NCBI GenBank assembly: GCA_035510935.1
Contig: DATKGA010000034.1
Span: forward strand, 2,145 to 66,144
Reading direction: 5' to 3'
DNA from: Acidobacteriaceae bacterium
GTDB taxonomy: Bacteria; Acidobacteriota; Terriglobia; Terriglobales; Acidobacteriaceae
DNA length: 64,000 nucleotides
Part shown: positions 22,003-32,297 of the stretch, piece by piece
How the letters are laid out: each line of letters starts with the position of its first letter
Numbering within the stretch: the stretch's first letter is position 1
Position numbers and translations under genes: made by a program
Notes under the pieces: generated by a model
Databases searched by the model: none
Seen by the model: the letters and a program-made list of their open reading frames with translations, nothing else
Told to the model about the DNA's origin: nothing

Positions 22003-23388
22003 TTAGAAATTAACCCTCGCAGTGCAGGTGACCGATTGCAGCATGAGGCGAACCCGGCTATTGCTGTATTCCCCTGCCAGGATGGAACTCTTGCCGACCG
22101 ACTCGGAGCTGGGCAACTGGACCTGGTATGCGGCGTCCAGGTGCAGGCGGCTGTGAGTCCAACCGGCGCCTGTCGCGATGGAGTTCTGCATGATCGCGGC
22201 GGTGAGAGGCAGGAGCGTTGCGCTGGGTACCGGGTTCGACATGAAGCTGTATCCAGCGCGCACTGCCCAAGACTCACCGAAAGGCGAATTGACACCGAAG
22301 TGCAGACCGAACTGATTGTTCCATTGGAGAGGAACGGAATCCTGCATGGAGCTGCTGCCCACTACGCTGTTGATGGTAGTGTTGGTGCCTTGACTCAATG
22401 AAACTGGGAGTTGCTGGAATGCCTGCCCCCATGCCGTGAAGTCCCCCTGAGCCTGCCATACGAGGTGACGGCTGGACTGCAATGAGAGGCCTGCATCGAA
22501 CGCCTGCGGTAGATGGTTGAGCACCTGGACCTGATAGTGGAAGGTGGGGTCGGCGGTGAGGCCGAGCGCGGTGAAGAGGGCTGATGCGGTTCCACTGGCG
22601 TCGCCGTTAGTGTGTATGGTGGTGCCGCTCTTCCAGGCAAGGCCTATGCGCGTGCGGTGATTGGGCTGCCACTGAACCCCTGCGTTGCCGTTCCAGCCGA
22701 TGCCGTGGGTTTGCAGATTGAGCAGAACCTTGAGGCCTGCAAGCTGGGGCTGCTGCTGGAAGATGTACGGTGCGTTCAAATTATTTGTGTTGTATACCAG
22801 CCCGAGGACGGCGCCAGCGGACCACTTCGATCCTAAGGTGCGGGCCACCCCTAGCGATGAGCGGACCGCGATGATTTGGGTCTCGTTGGTCTGCAGGCCG
22901 TAGGTGACACCGGCGGTTCCGGGCGCATCGACGTAGCTCCAGTTTGCCCGCATCAGGATCTCGGGAGTGAAGGCGGCCGAAGCGGCCCAGTGGCTGGCTC
23001 GTATGGGTGTGACGAATGCGCCGAAGGGCATGGCACCGACGGTGCCACTCATACGGCCATTGCTGTTGACGGAGTTTTGGAATGATCCAGAGCCAAAGAT
23101 CCCAACCGCTCCCGCTTCGAGCGTACGCATTTTAATCCCCGCGAGACCGGCAGGATTCCCTTCGACGGCATCGAGGGGGCTGCCCTGCTGGGTGGCCAGG
23201 GTGCCTCCGCGCGATTCGGCCGCGGCACTAAGGCCATTTCCGAAGGAGGTCGCCTGGGCGGAGGCGCTTATGGATGTTGCCGATAGCAATCCACAAAGTA
23301 TGATTGCGCGCAGGGTGAGCCTATAAGGAAGAGAATTATGATTTGGCACAGGATTTCCTTTCGGGGCCTTCCACCGAGTGCTGACCAT
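22003..23388 (-). CDS. Outer-membrane transport protein, OmpP1/FadL/TodX-like beta-barrel
   Basis: Signal peptide ending SASAQA. Alternating-pattern beta strands rich in Gly/aromatics. C-terminal ...ARVNF with terminal Phe, as in OM barrels. The overall pattern resembles FadL-family proteins. Confidence 0.6.
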   Translation of the reverse strand: MVSTRWKAPKGNPVPNHNSLPYRLTLRAIILCGLLSATSISASAQATSFGNGLSAAAESRGGTLATQQGSPLDAVEGNPAGLAGIKMRTLEAGAVGIFGSGSFQNSVNSNGRMSGTVGAMPFGAFVTPIRASHWAASAAFTPEILMRANWSYVDAPGTAGVTYGLQTNETQIIAVRSSLGVARTLGSKWSAGAVLGLVYNTNNLNAPYIFQQQPQLAGLKVLLNLQTHGIGWNGNAGVQWQPNHRTRIGLAWKSGTTIHTNGDASGTASALFTALGLTADPTFHYQVQVLNHLPQAFDAGLSLQSSRHLVWQAQGDFTAWGQAFQQLPVSLSQGTNTTINSVVGSSSMQDSVPLQWNNQFGLHFGVNSPFGESWAVRAGYSFMSNPVPSATLLPLTAAIMQNSIATGAGWTHSRLHLDAAYQVQLPSSESVGKSSILAGEYSNSRVRLMLQSVTCTARVNF

Positions 23389-23578
23389 TTGGTCGACTCC
23401 CGAGGGAACGAACGGCAGAATGATGACTCGCTCTTAGGAATTGGGGCCCGGAGATCGCGGTGTTCGCAATGCTATCTGGGTAGATGTTCGCGTATATGGC
23501 GCGCGAGGGCCATACCACCAGTGCACGATGGCCCTGCCACGTTTGTGGTAGCTTGCGAGTTATTGGTTTGGGGGCGGT

Positions 23579-23998
23579 ATGAAGACATTTTTATTGCTGG
23601 TGTTCGTGGCGCTGCTGGCGTTGATTGCGGTGAATCGTCAGCGCATCTATGTGCGCGACCCGCTGGCGACGGTATTCCGCGACGATGGGAAGCAGAGCGG
23701 GGTGCAGGTGTTTATCAATGCTTCGAACGACGTGCTGTTGTGGCAGGAAGCGGAGCCGGGAGAGTATCGCACTCTACTGCAGGGTTGGAACAAGATGCCG
23801 GGAATCCCGTATCGGCTGACATGCATGCACTGGATGATGTGCCTTACGGATGCCGATCACGCATCCGTCATCCCGCTGAACTGGAATGGCAACAGCGGGA
23901 AGGGCAGAGGGAAGTATGATCCGGCGGTGACGATGACAGACCGCGAGGTCACATATATGGATGCGGACGGGGCGACGATGCGCGTGGAGTTGCGCTAG
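23579..23998 (+). CDS. Hypothetical membrane-anchored protein
   Basis: 139 aa with an N-terminal TM/signal anchor, MKTFLLLVFVALLALIAV. No recognisable family. Coding potential is judged only from ORF length and position between real genes. Confidence 0.4.
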   Translation: MKTFLLLVFVALLALIAVNRQRIYVRDPLATVFRDDGKQSGVQVFINASNDVLLWQEAEPGEYRTLLQGWNKMPGIPYRLTCMHWMMCLTDADHASVIPLNWNGNSGKGRGKYDPAVTMTDREVTYMDADGATMRVELR

Positions 23999-24016
23999 AG
24001 GCAACAACCTGAGTTG

Positions 24017-26527
24017 CTATAGGAGGTTGTTGGCGGGGCGGGTGGGGAGGGTGAAGTGGATGGTTGCACCGTTGCCTGGGGTGCTGGTGGCCCAGATGCG
24101 GCCTCTGTGCTGGGTGATAATGGCGCGGCAGATGGAGAGGCCGAGGCCTGTGCCACCCATGGTGCGGGAGTCGGAGGCATCGACCTGGAGGAAGCGCTCG
24201 AAGATGCTGTCGAGTTTGTCTTCGGGGATGCCGCGGCCCTGATCACGGACCTGGATTTCTGCCTCGTTGACTTCGCTGCGGCGGGCGCGCAGTTGGATCT
24301 CCGTGTGTGTCGGAGAGAATTTGATGGCGTTGGAGATGAGGTTGGAGAGGACCTGAAGGATGCGGTCGGGGTCTGCCCAGACATTGACTCCCTGGGAGTT
24401 GAAGGTGATGCGGAGATGGGCGCTGGCGGCGTCGGCCTGCATAAGGATTGCGGCGCGGCGGAAGAGGTCGTCGGCCGAGCAGAGGGTGCTGTGCAGTTCG
24501 TCTTTGCCGGAGCCGATGCGTTCCAGTTCGATGATGTCATTGACCAGGCGTACGAGGCGGTCGGTGTTACCGGCGGCGATCTCGAGCATCTGGCGGAGCT
24601 TCTGCGGACGCGCGTCGAGCGAGCCACCGGTGATGAGGCCGAGGGCTGCGCGCAGCGAAGTCAGGGGAGTACGTAACTCGTGGGAGACGGTGGAGATGAA
24701 CTCATCCTTCATGCGATCGAGGGCTCGGCGCTCGGTGGTATCGGTGAAGGCCACGACAACGCCGACGGCCTTACCAGCGGGCTTTGCATCCGGCGCAGCG
24801 TGTTGATAAGCGGAATCGATTTCGATTACAGGTTCGAACTCGAAGAGAATTCCCGACTGGATTTTGGGCTCGATGCTGGTCCGTGCCTCCTGTTCACTTT
24901 CGATCTGGGGCCGGGCGACGTACTCGACAGGGAAGCTGGAGCCGTCTTTGCGCCAGAAGACTTCATTGGAGACACGGACGGTGTCGAGGTCGCGGATGGT
25001 GTTTTGAACGGGGCACTCGTGCTCCGGGTAGGGGGAGCCGTCGGCACGGGAGTGATGGATGAGCGCGTGCATGTTGCGACCGAGTAGTTCCTCGGGCTTG
25101 AACCCGAGCATCTGCAATGCAGCTGGGTTGACGACGGTGCAGTTGCCTTCGAGGTCGATGCCATAGATGCCGTCGCCGACGGATTCGAGGACGGAGTTGG
25201 ACTGACGGATGAGGGCGCGCAGCTTGTCTTCCGCCCGGACCTGTTCGCTGATGTCGATGCCGAAGCCAAGGACGTAGGGGTCTCGCGCGGTGGAGTCGAT
25301 GAGCTTATTGCGGAATGCGACGACGCGCACGCTGCCGTCTGTGTGGCACAGGTGCAGCAGCCCCTGAACTTCTCCAGTCCGAGCGATGCTGGCGAGATAG
25401 TTGTCGAACTCGGCACGATGGTCTTCCGGCATGAATTCGGAGAGTCGATGGCCGACGAGATCTTCGCGTGCGCGGCCTATGGTCTGGGCGCCGTGGGTAT
25501 TGATGGAGAGCAGGACGCCCTGAAGGTTGTGGGTGCAGACCAAGCCGAGCGAGCCTTCGACCAACTGGCGGTAACGGGCTTCGCTTTCGCGCAGGGTCTC
25601 TTCGGCGCCATGCTGGACCGTGACATCAATGCCGGTGGCGATGATGAAGTTGATGCGGCCCTGGTCGTCGAAGAGCGGCGAGGCGGACCAAGCGATGCGG
25701 CGCAGGCTGCCGTCGCGGTGCAGCCACTGGTCCTCGAACGCGGCTGGAGAGCCGCCGGCACGCAGACGGGCGAAGTTCTGCACTGCGGCGGGGACGTCGG
25801 CATTGGGAATAAGGATGTCCCAGAGATGTCGTCCGACCATGGTGGGGAAGTCGTATCCAGAAGCTGACTCGCAGGCTCGATTAAAACGTACGATGCGGCC
25901 GGCGGTGTCAAAGACGGCGACCAGTGCATCGACCGTATCGAGCACGGTAGAGACGAAGTTGCGCTCGACGGTGAGGGCGGATTCGACACGCTGGCGTGCG
26001 CGGGCCACACGCTCCATCTGGCGCAGGGTGTGGTTGAGTTCGATGGTGGTCATTGCCTGTCGGCCAAGGAGGCTGAGGGTCTGCAACTGTAGAGGGGTCA
26101 GCCTTCGCGCGGAAGTGTCAAGAACAAAGAGCGAACCGATGCGCACCGCGGAGGGCGTGATGAGGGGAGCGCCGGCATAGAAGCGGAAGGTGCGTCCCGC
26201 GAGAACTATCCCTGCCGGGGCGAAGGCGGGGAGCTGCGCGGTGTCGGGGACCTCGTAGACGTTATGGCTGCGCAGCGGGGGCACGGCGGGCAGGCTGCCG
26301 AGGGGTAGCTCCGTGTCGCCGATGCCGTATCGAGCGTGGATCCATATGCGGTTGGAGGAGGCGAAGGCGATGCCGGCGATGGGGGTATTGCATGCCTTTG
26401 CAGCCAACTCAGCGAGGTCGTCGAGAGCTGGATCGGGCGCAGCCCGGAGAACCTCGTATTGATCGAGGATCTCCAACCGCAAGGCTTCACTGCGCGTAAC
26501 TTCGCGATTATCCAAGGTAGCGTTCAT
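24017..26527 (-). CDS. GAF + multi-PAS sensor histidine kinase (no adjacent response regulator)
   Basis: HisKA H-box STVSHELRTPLTSL. HATPase N/G boxes LSNLISNAIKF, RDQGRGIP and GTGLGLSICRAI. An N-terminal GAF-like region and about three PAS-like repeats. Start chosen at MNATLDN (26527), which has AAGGGGG upstream. Confidence 0.9.
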   Translation of the reverse strand: MNATLDNREVTRSEALRLEILDQYEVLRAAPDPALDDLAELAAKACNTPIAGIAFASSNRIWIHARYGIGDTELPLGSLPAVPPLRSHNVYEVPDTAQLPAFAPAGIVLAGRTFRFYAGAPLITPSAVRIGSLFVLDTSARRLTPLQLQTLSLLGRQAMTTIELNHTLRQMERVARARQRVESALTVERNFVSTVLDTVDALVAVFDTAGRIVRFNRACESASGYDFPTMVGRHLWDILIPNADVPAAVQNFARLRAGGSPAAFEDQWLHRDGSLRRIAWSASPLFDDQGRINFIIATGIDVTVQHGAEETLRESEARYRQLVEGSLGLVCTHNLQGVLLSINTHGAQTIGRAREDLVGHRLSEFMPEDHRAEFDNYLASIARTGEVQGLLHLCHTDGSVRVVAFRNKLIDSTARDPYVLGFGIDISEQVRAEDKLRALIRQSNSVLESVGDGIYGIDLEGNCTVVNPAALQMLGFKPEELLGRNMHALIHHSRADGSPYPEHECPVQNTIRDLDTVRVSNEVFWRKDGSSFPVEYVARPQIESEQEARTSIEPKIQSGILFEFEPVIEIDSAYQHAAPDAKPAGKAVGVVVAFTDTTERRALDRMKDEFISTVSHELRTPLTSLRAALGLITGGSLDARPQKLRQMLEIAAGNTDRLVRLVNDIIELERIGSGKDELHSTLCSADDLFRRAAILMQADAASAHLRITFNSQGVNVWADPDRILQVLSNLISNAIKFSPTHTEIQLRARRSEVNEAEIQVRDQGRGIPEDKLDSIFERFLQVDASDSRTMGGTGLGLSICRAIITQHRGRIWATSTPGNGATIHFTLPTRPANNLL

Positions 26528-26762
26528 CTTACCCCCTTTGATGTTAGGGAATGGAGAGGCATAAGACACTGATACTTTTGGGCAAGCGCGTGGTACTTCG
26601 GGGGCCTAGAAGATGCATGCAATCAGCCGAGCAGGGTAGAGGGTACGCCAGACCGAGAGAGCGAGTAAACCGGGCTGTTGCCGGGTTGGTATACTTAGAG
26701 ACTGCGGGGGCTTCTGCGCAAGCGAACGACATTGGGGCGGTGGGGCCCGGACAGGCGAGTGC

Positions 26763-28652
26763 ATGGAAGAGTTGTTGAGCAGGATTGAGTCTCCGGCGGA
26801 TGTGAAGCGGTTGACCATACCGCAACTGACTCAGCTTGCCGAAGAGATCCGGGAGCGGCTGATTGTTGGCGTGGCCAAGACAGGCGGACACCTTGGCCCA
26901 AACCTGGGCGTGGTGGAGCTGACTCTGGCCCTGCATTACGTCTTTGAAACGCCGCAGGACAGCCTGGTGTTCGACGTGAGCCACCAGTCGTATGTACACA
27001 AGATGCTGACCGGGCGCAATCGGCGCTTCGAAACCATCCGCCAACCGGACGGGTTGAACGGCTTCATGCTGCGCAGCGAGAGCGAACACGACAGCTATGG
27101 CGCTGGGCACGCGGGGACGGCACTGAGCGCGGCCCTGGGCATGGCCGTGGCGCGGGACATGTCCGGCGGCACGGAGCATATCGTGGCGCTGTGCGGGGAC
27201 GCGGCGTTTACCAACGGCATCTCGTTCGAGGCGATGAACAACATTGCCGCCCAGACGCGGCGGCTGATTGTGGTGCTGAACGACAATGCCTGGTCGATCG
27301 ACAAGAATGTTGGGGCGATTGCGCAATACTTCCACAAGATTGTGACCAATCCGACGATTGCCGGACTGCATGACCGTGCGGCGGGGCTGCTGGAGCGCTT
27401 TGGCGGCAAGGCGGTGCGCCATGTGGCGCGCAAGGCGGAGGAGGCGGCCAAGGGACTGATCGGGCCGGGAATGCTGTTCGAGGAGTTTGGCCTGAGCTAC
27501 TACGGGCCGGTGGACGGGCACAACCTACCGATGCTGATCGAGACATTCCGGTTCCTGAAGCAGCAGAACAAGCCTGTGGTGCTGCACGCGATCACGCAGA
27601 AGGGGCGCGGCTTCCAGCCGGCGGAGGAGAAGCAGAAGAAGTTCCACGGGCTGGGGCCGTACGATCCGGAGACGGGCGAGACTAAATCGGCGGGCCAGAA
27701 GACCTACTCGGAGATATTTGCCGAGACGCTGGCGAAGATGGCCGACAACAACGACAAGATTGTGGCGATTACGGCGGCAATGCCCAATGGCACGGCGCTG
27801 GACCTGTTCCGGCCGCGCCATCCGAAGCGCTACTTTGACGTGGGCATCGCGGAGGAGCATGCGGTGATCTTCGCGGCGGGGATGGCGACCAAGGGGTACA
27901 GGCCGTTCTGCGCGATCTACTCGACGTTTTTGCAGCGCGCGTTCGATCCGATTGTGCATGACGTGTGCCTGCAGAACCTGCCGGTGGTGTTCTGCATGGA
28001 TCGCGGGGGCTTGTCCAGCGACGACGGGCCGACCCATCACGGTCTGTTCGACATCAGCTATCTACGCAGCCTGCCCAACCTGGTGCACATGGTGCCGACG
28101 GACGAGGACGAGCTGGCGGACATGATGTATACGGCGCTGCTGCAGAACGGGCCAGTGGCGATCCGCTACCCACGCGGCGCGGGGCCGGGCGCGGCGGTGA
28201 AGGCGCAACCCATCGCGCTGGAGATCGGCGTGGCGGAGGTGATCGAGGACGGCCACGACGTTGCCATATTCGGACTGGGCGCGATGCTTCCCGAAGCAAA
28301 ACGGCTGGCCATGATGCTGCGTCGCTTGGGATTCTCGGCGGCGGTGATCAATCCGCGCTTCACCAAGCCGATCGACCGCGTATGCGTGGCGGAGTACGCG
28401 CAACGATGCGGATTGCTGGTGACGCTGGAAGACCATGTGCTTGCGGGCGGCTTCGGCTCGGCGGTGCTGGAGGCCCTGAGCGAGATGGAGCTGGATACCC
28501 CGGTGGTGCGCATAGGCTGGCCCGACCAGTTCATCGAACACGGGAAGCTGGAGGCCCTGCGCGCGAAGTATGGGCTGACCGCCGAAGCCGCGATGGAGAA
28601 GGCGCAACCTTATCTGGCTGCGATGGAGAGCCGAAGGATGGCGCTGCGGTAG
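26763..28652 (+). CDS. dxs: 1-deoxy-D-xylulose-5-phosphate synthase
   Basis: LSRIESPADVKRL...GGHLGPNLGVVELTLALHYVF..., the TPP motif GDAAFTNGISFEAMNN, and the typical length of 629 aa. Confidence 0.95.
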   Translation: MEELLSRIESPADVKRLTIPQLTQLAEEIRERLIVGVAKTGGHLGPNLGVVELTLALHYVFETPQDSLVFDVSHQSYVHKMLTGRNRRFETIRQPDGLNGFMLRSESEHDSYGAGHAGTALSAALGMAVARDMSGGTEHIVALCGDAAFTNGISFEAMNNIAAQTRRLIVVLNDNAWSIDKNVGAIAQYFHKIVTNPTIAGLHDRAAGLLERFGGKAVRHVARKAEEAAKGLIGPGMLFEEFGLSYYGPVDGHNLPMLIETFRFLKQQNKPVVLHAITQKGRGFQPAEEKQKKFHGLGPYDPETGETKSAGQKTYSEIFAETLAKMADNNDKIVAITAAMPNGTALDLFRPRHPKRYFDVGIAEEHAVIFAAGMATKGYRPFCAIYSTFLQRAFDPIVHDVCLQNLPVVFCMDRGGLSSDDGPTHHGLFDISYLRSLPNLVHMVPTDEDELADMMYTALLQNGPVAIRYPRGAGPGAAVKAQPIALEIGVAEVIEDGHDVAIFGLGAMLPEAKRLAMMLRRLGFSAAVINPRFTKPIDRVCVAEYAQRCGLLVTLEDHVLAGGFGSAVLEALSEMELDTPVVRIGWPDQFIEHGKLEALRAKYGLTAEAAMEKAQPYLAAMESRRMALR

Positions 28653-28849
28653 GGGCGGCGTTGCCTGCTGAGTGCGAAGGCGATTTCGTATCAATCCAGA
28701 ATCGTTGCCGACTAGAACGGCGTTTTCGGGGACGTTGGTCTTTACGCAAAGTTCATAACAGGCTCTAAGACAGCTCCGGCTACGTCACCTTTGAGTCTGC
28801 TGTCTCATCTTGCACGTCTTATAAGTAACGCCTTCCCTCTGGCGCACCC

Positions 28850-29773
28850 TTGATCCCGATCGGACACTTTCTGCGCACTTTTCCCGTTTTCGTCCTGCTC
28901 TTGTTGTGCCCGTTGCTTATGTCAGCCCAAAGGCTTGCGTCCGATTTGCCCGACGCACCGGTGGCTGTCGCGCAGGCGCTGCTAGCAAACGCAGGACCCG
29001 AGAGATCTTTTCTCTCTCTCGATCTCCAAGCCGGCAGCCAGCCCCCGGGGCAGACTGACGGCAAAGCCAGACCTGCGAGCGACATTTCCCTAGACGCAGC
29101 CCGCAATCCTGTCCCGCTCGAACGACGGGAGCCAAAGCGCATCCTCGGCCTGATGCCGAACTTCCGCACTGTCTCCAGCGGTGCCAAACCACCTCCCCCC
29201 GGTTGGGAGTACAACTTCACAGTCGCCAATCACCAAGCCCTCGACTACTCCACCTTCATCTTCCTCGGTCTTACTTCCCTGACGGCCGAGGGCATGGACT
29301 CCCACGCTGCGCTCGGAAAGGGTGTCGATGGCTTTTACGCCTACACGTGGCGGGGCTTCCTCGACAAAACCGACAATACCTACCTCTCTGCCTGGCTGCT
29401 CGCCAGCACGCTCCACGAAGACACTCGCTACTACGCTCTCGGCAGTCCGCACCACATCGCCACCCGCGCCCTCTACGTCATCAGCCGGCAGGCTGTTGCT
29501 CGCACCTACGCGGGACGTGATACCCCTAACTTTGCCGGTCTTGGCGGCAAGGTGCTCACTCAGGTTTTCTCCCGCTACTACTACCCACCCTCGGCCACAA
29601 GCTTCGATGTCCTCGCCACCAAGTTCGGCTACTCTGTCATGCGTGATGTCGGCTTCAGCACCATCCGCGAGTTCTATCCCGACGTGGCCGCGCACTACAT
29701 CCGCAAGCATCGGGAGAAACTACTCCGCCAGCAGCAGCAACGCGCATCATCGGGAGCCGCAGATCACCATTAA
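28850..29773 (+). CDS. Hypothetical secreted protein
   Basis: Signal-like FPVFVLLLLCPLLMSAQ. No family recognised. The start (TTG at 28850, no clear RBS) is uncertain. Confidence 0.45.
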   Translation: MIPIGHFLRTFPVFVLLLLCPLLMSAQRLASDLPDAPVAVAQALLANAGPERSFLSLDLQAGSQPPGQTDGKARPASDISLDAARNPVPLERREPKRILGLMPNFRTVSSGAKPPPPGWEYNFTVANHQALDYSTFIFLGLTSLTAEGMDSHAALGKGVDGFYAYTWRGFLDKTDNTYLSAWLLASTLHEDTRYYALGSPHHIATRALYVISRQAVARTYAGRDTPNFAGLGGKVLTQVFSRYYYPPSATSFDVLATKFGYSVMRDVGFSTIREFYPDVAAHYIRKHREKLLRQQQQRASSGAADHH

Positions 29774-29975
29774 AACCAATTACTTGGAACCTCTATGTCT
29801 GGATCGGTCCCGGGAAGTCGGCATTGCGACTGGAATCTCATGGTGGAGTCCGGGATCGAAGATCGCCGTCGCAATCGGCGTTTCCGAGGACTAATCATCT
29901 GCAATCGCTTCTAAAATGCGAAACAGCATGGTACACGCGGCGTCCCAAGCGCTGATCTACCAAGGAGGTTGGGAG

Positions 29976-30752
29976 ATGGAGACAGCACCGGCTGTGGTGA
30001 GATCGCGATTCAAGGTGCATACGCGGGCCACATGGAGCGCACGCGAAGACAGGATCCCGTCTCTGGTATGGCTCGCTTTGATCTGGATCGGGATGATTGC
30101 CGGGTTTGGCGTGGACATGCCTCGGTTCCTCCACGAGTCTCCGCAGCCCGCTGCTGTGGTGGATGTTCATGCCGTCGTCTTCACCGTGTGGCTGCTGCTT
30201 CTAACCGCGCAGGTCTTGCTGGTAGTGGGCGACCGCGTGGCTCTGCACCGGAGGCTGGGATGGTTCATGGCAGGCTGGGCCGGTCTTATGTTTGTCCTCG
30301 GGGTGTGGACGGCGATGGTTGCAAAAGGGCCGGTTGACTCCGGACCGGCCAGTCCCCAGTTTCTCTCCGTGAACTTTGGCTCACTCCTTGCGTTTATACT
30401 TTTTGTGCTGTGGGGGGTTGCCCTCCGCGGGAATCCCGCTGCCCACAAGCGGGTGATGATCCTCTCCACCGTCGCAATCCTCGATCCAGGCTACGGGCGC
30501 CTGACCGGCTGGCTCTGGCCTGAGCCCCAGTCGATGCTGATGTGGTACTTCTTCAACTTCTGGGGCGACGTGCTGGTTCTCACGGCGATGACTGCCTGGG
30601 ACGCATGGCGCGGTCGTCTGATGAAGCAATTTGCCGCCGGTGCAATGGGCCTCGTCGTCCTCCAGTGTTTGCAGGACTTCCTCTACCACTGGAGTCCGTG
30701 GAAGGGATTCGCCAGCGGACTGGTCTCAGCCTGGACAAGGCACATCCGATAA
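29976..30752 (+). CDS. Hypothetical polytopic membrane protein
   Basis: About 6-7 hydrophobic segments (LVWLALIWIGMIAGFGV, VVFTVWLLLLTAQVLLVV, and others). The ATG at 29976 is preceded by AAGGAGG at ideal spacing; the track start at 29916 is rejected. Confidence 0.55.
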   Translation: METAPAVVRSRFKVHTRATWSAREDRIPSLVWLALIWIGMIAGFGVDMPRFLHESPQPAAVVDVHAVVFTVWLLLLTAQVLLVVGDRVALHRRLGWFMAGWAGLMFVLGVWTAMVAKGPVDSGPASPQFLSVNFGSLLAFILFVLWGVALRGNPAAHKRVMILSTVAILDPGYGRLTGWLWPEPQSMLMWYFFNFWGDVLVLTAMTAWDAWRGRLMKQFAAGAMGLVVLQCLQDFLYHWSPWKGFASGLVSAWTRHIR

Positions 30753-31233
30753 GTCAGACGGTCCTTCTGTGGAGCGGATGCTGAAGATACGCCCATCCAG
30801 TTCCAACTGCAACCCCATCCAAACAGTTGGTAATGAGAAACGGACGTCGCAATTTCGCAAGCTCATGCTGAGGGCGTGCCAAATCGGCAATGCGCTCACC
30901 GACACTGCATTAGTACCGGCAAGTCGGCCAGCGTACCGTGACCACATGACCGGTTCGGGGCAGGGTAATCCGACAATGCGGTGTTTCCGTTACCAACACA
31001 TATTTGTTGGCCCGGTCGAAGACCACCGTGACAGATCGCGAAACGGCTTTTTGAGACCTTTCGGAAGGCCACTTCGTCCCATTGGTGAATATCCACAAAT
31101 AGACTAAGCACGATATGCTAAGGGCAAGATTTCGGCAACAGATATAGGGCTTGGTATATCGTTCTGCTGTCTGATCGCGATCGATGGATGAGTGGTTTGA
31201 CATGGAAGGCCCAAAAAGAGGAGAAGTCTTACT

Positions 31234-32124
31234 ATGCTGAATTCATGTGCGCGACGGCTTGGTGCCTGCGTCGCATTGTTGATGGGTTTTGTGCAGGTCG
31301 CGTCCGCTGCTGAAATTCTTATCGTTGATGCAAAGTCCCAGCCCGAGAGTTTGACGATAGCTCCTGGTGGTGTATTGTTCGTCGGCAGCGCGAGCAGTCC
31401 GTTCGTCTACAAGGTGCGCCCCGGCTCAACCACGGCTGAGAAGTTCGTAGACGCCAGCGCGGAAGGACCCGGCACCTTTTTCTTCGGAATGCTCGCCGAG
31501 GCCGCTACCAATACGTTGTGGACGTGTCAGCTAACCCCGGTGCCGGGAGTGACGCCTGTGAAGCATCATACGGCGCTCAGGGGATTTGATCTCTCCACCG
31601 GCGCCCAGAAGCTTCGTTGGGACCTGCCTGGTGACGACAGTACTTGCAACGATTTCTCGGTCGGACCGGATAAGGCGCTCTATATAACTGACACCGCCAA
31701 CGGCAGGATCTACAAGCTGCCTGCCGGCGCCTCCACAGCGGAACTCTATCTGGAGCATCGGACGCTGATGGGCGTCGATGGCATCACTTTCCTGAATGGC
31801 ACGCTGTATGTGAACAACGTGATATTCAACAAGCTCTACCGCATTCCCGTGGATGCCTCCGGCAAGCCGGGGCCGCCTGTCGATATCTGGATGGACCAGC
31901 CGGTGAAAGGGCCGGACGGGATGCGCGCAGTCAATGGCAAGATACTGTTGGCTGAGAATGCCAATGGTCAGATTGCCGTCCTTACCGTCAATGGTGATAA
32001 GGCCAGCGTCACAGTAATCAAGGAAGGACTGACGACCCCAACCGCAGTCGAACCGGCGGGCGACATCATCTGGGTCGGCGAGCGCGGTGCCGGCAAGGCG
32101 GTGTCCATTCCGATGCCAAAGTGA
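31234..32124 (+). CDS. Secreted SMP-30/gluconolactonase/LRE-like beta-propeller protein
   Basis: Signal peptide LLMGFVQVASAAEI. Repeated blade-like segments (ALYITDTANGRIYKL, LYVNNVIFNKLYRIP, PDGMRAVNGKILLAE). The family assignment is by resemblance only. Confidence 0.55.
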   Translation: MLNSCARRLGACVALLMGFVQVASAAEILIVDAKSQPESLTIAPGGVLFVGSASSPFVYKVRPGSTTAEKFVDASAEGPGTFFFGMLAEAATNTLWTCQLTPVPGVTPVKHHTALRGFDLSTGAQKLRWDLPGDDSTCNDFSVGPDKALYITDTANGRIYKLPAGASTAELYLEHRTLMGVDGITFLNGTLYVNNVIFNKLYRIPVDASGKPGPPVDIWMDQPVKGPDGMRAVNGKILLAENANGQIAVLTVNGDKASVTVIKEGLTTPTAVEPAGDIIWVGERGAGKAVSIPMPK

Positions 32125-32297
32125 TGGAGAGAGTGGATGAGCAAACGGACCGTGTCTTTCTCGAAGAGGCCGCCGGGGCCGTCGGAACATTTTATCGAAA
32201 CGCGATACTCTATATCAGTCCGAAATGCTGCCGTGTGCGTAGGCATAAGGGCAATTCTTTGATGTCAGATCAATCTGCTTAACATAAGGGATACGAG

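Noticed and set aside
26570-26762. Possible TPP or other riboswitch upstream of dxs.
   Set aside because: I could not find the conserved TPP-riboswitch elements (CUGAGA and the ACCUGAUCUGGAUAAUGCCAGCG-like segment) or any other riboswitch core I know. Only a weak hairpin is present. An Infernal scan would settle it.
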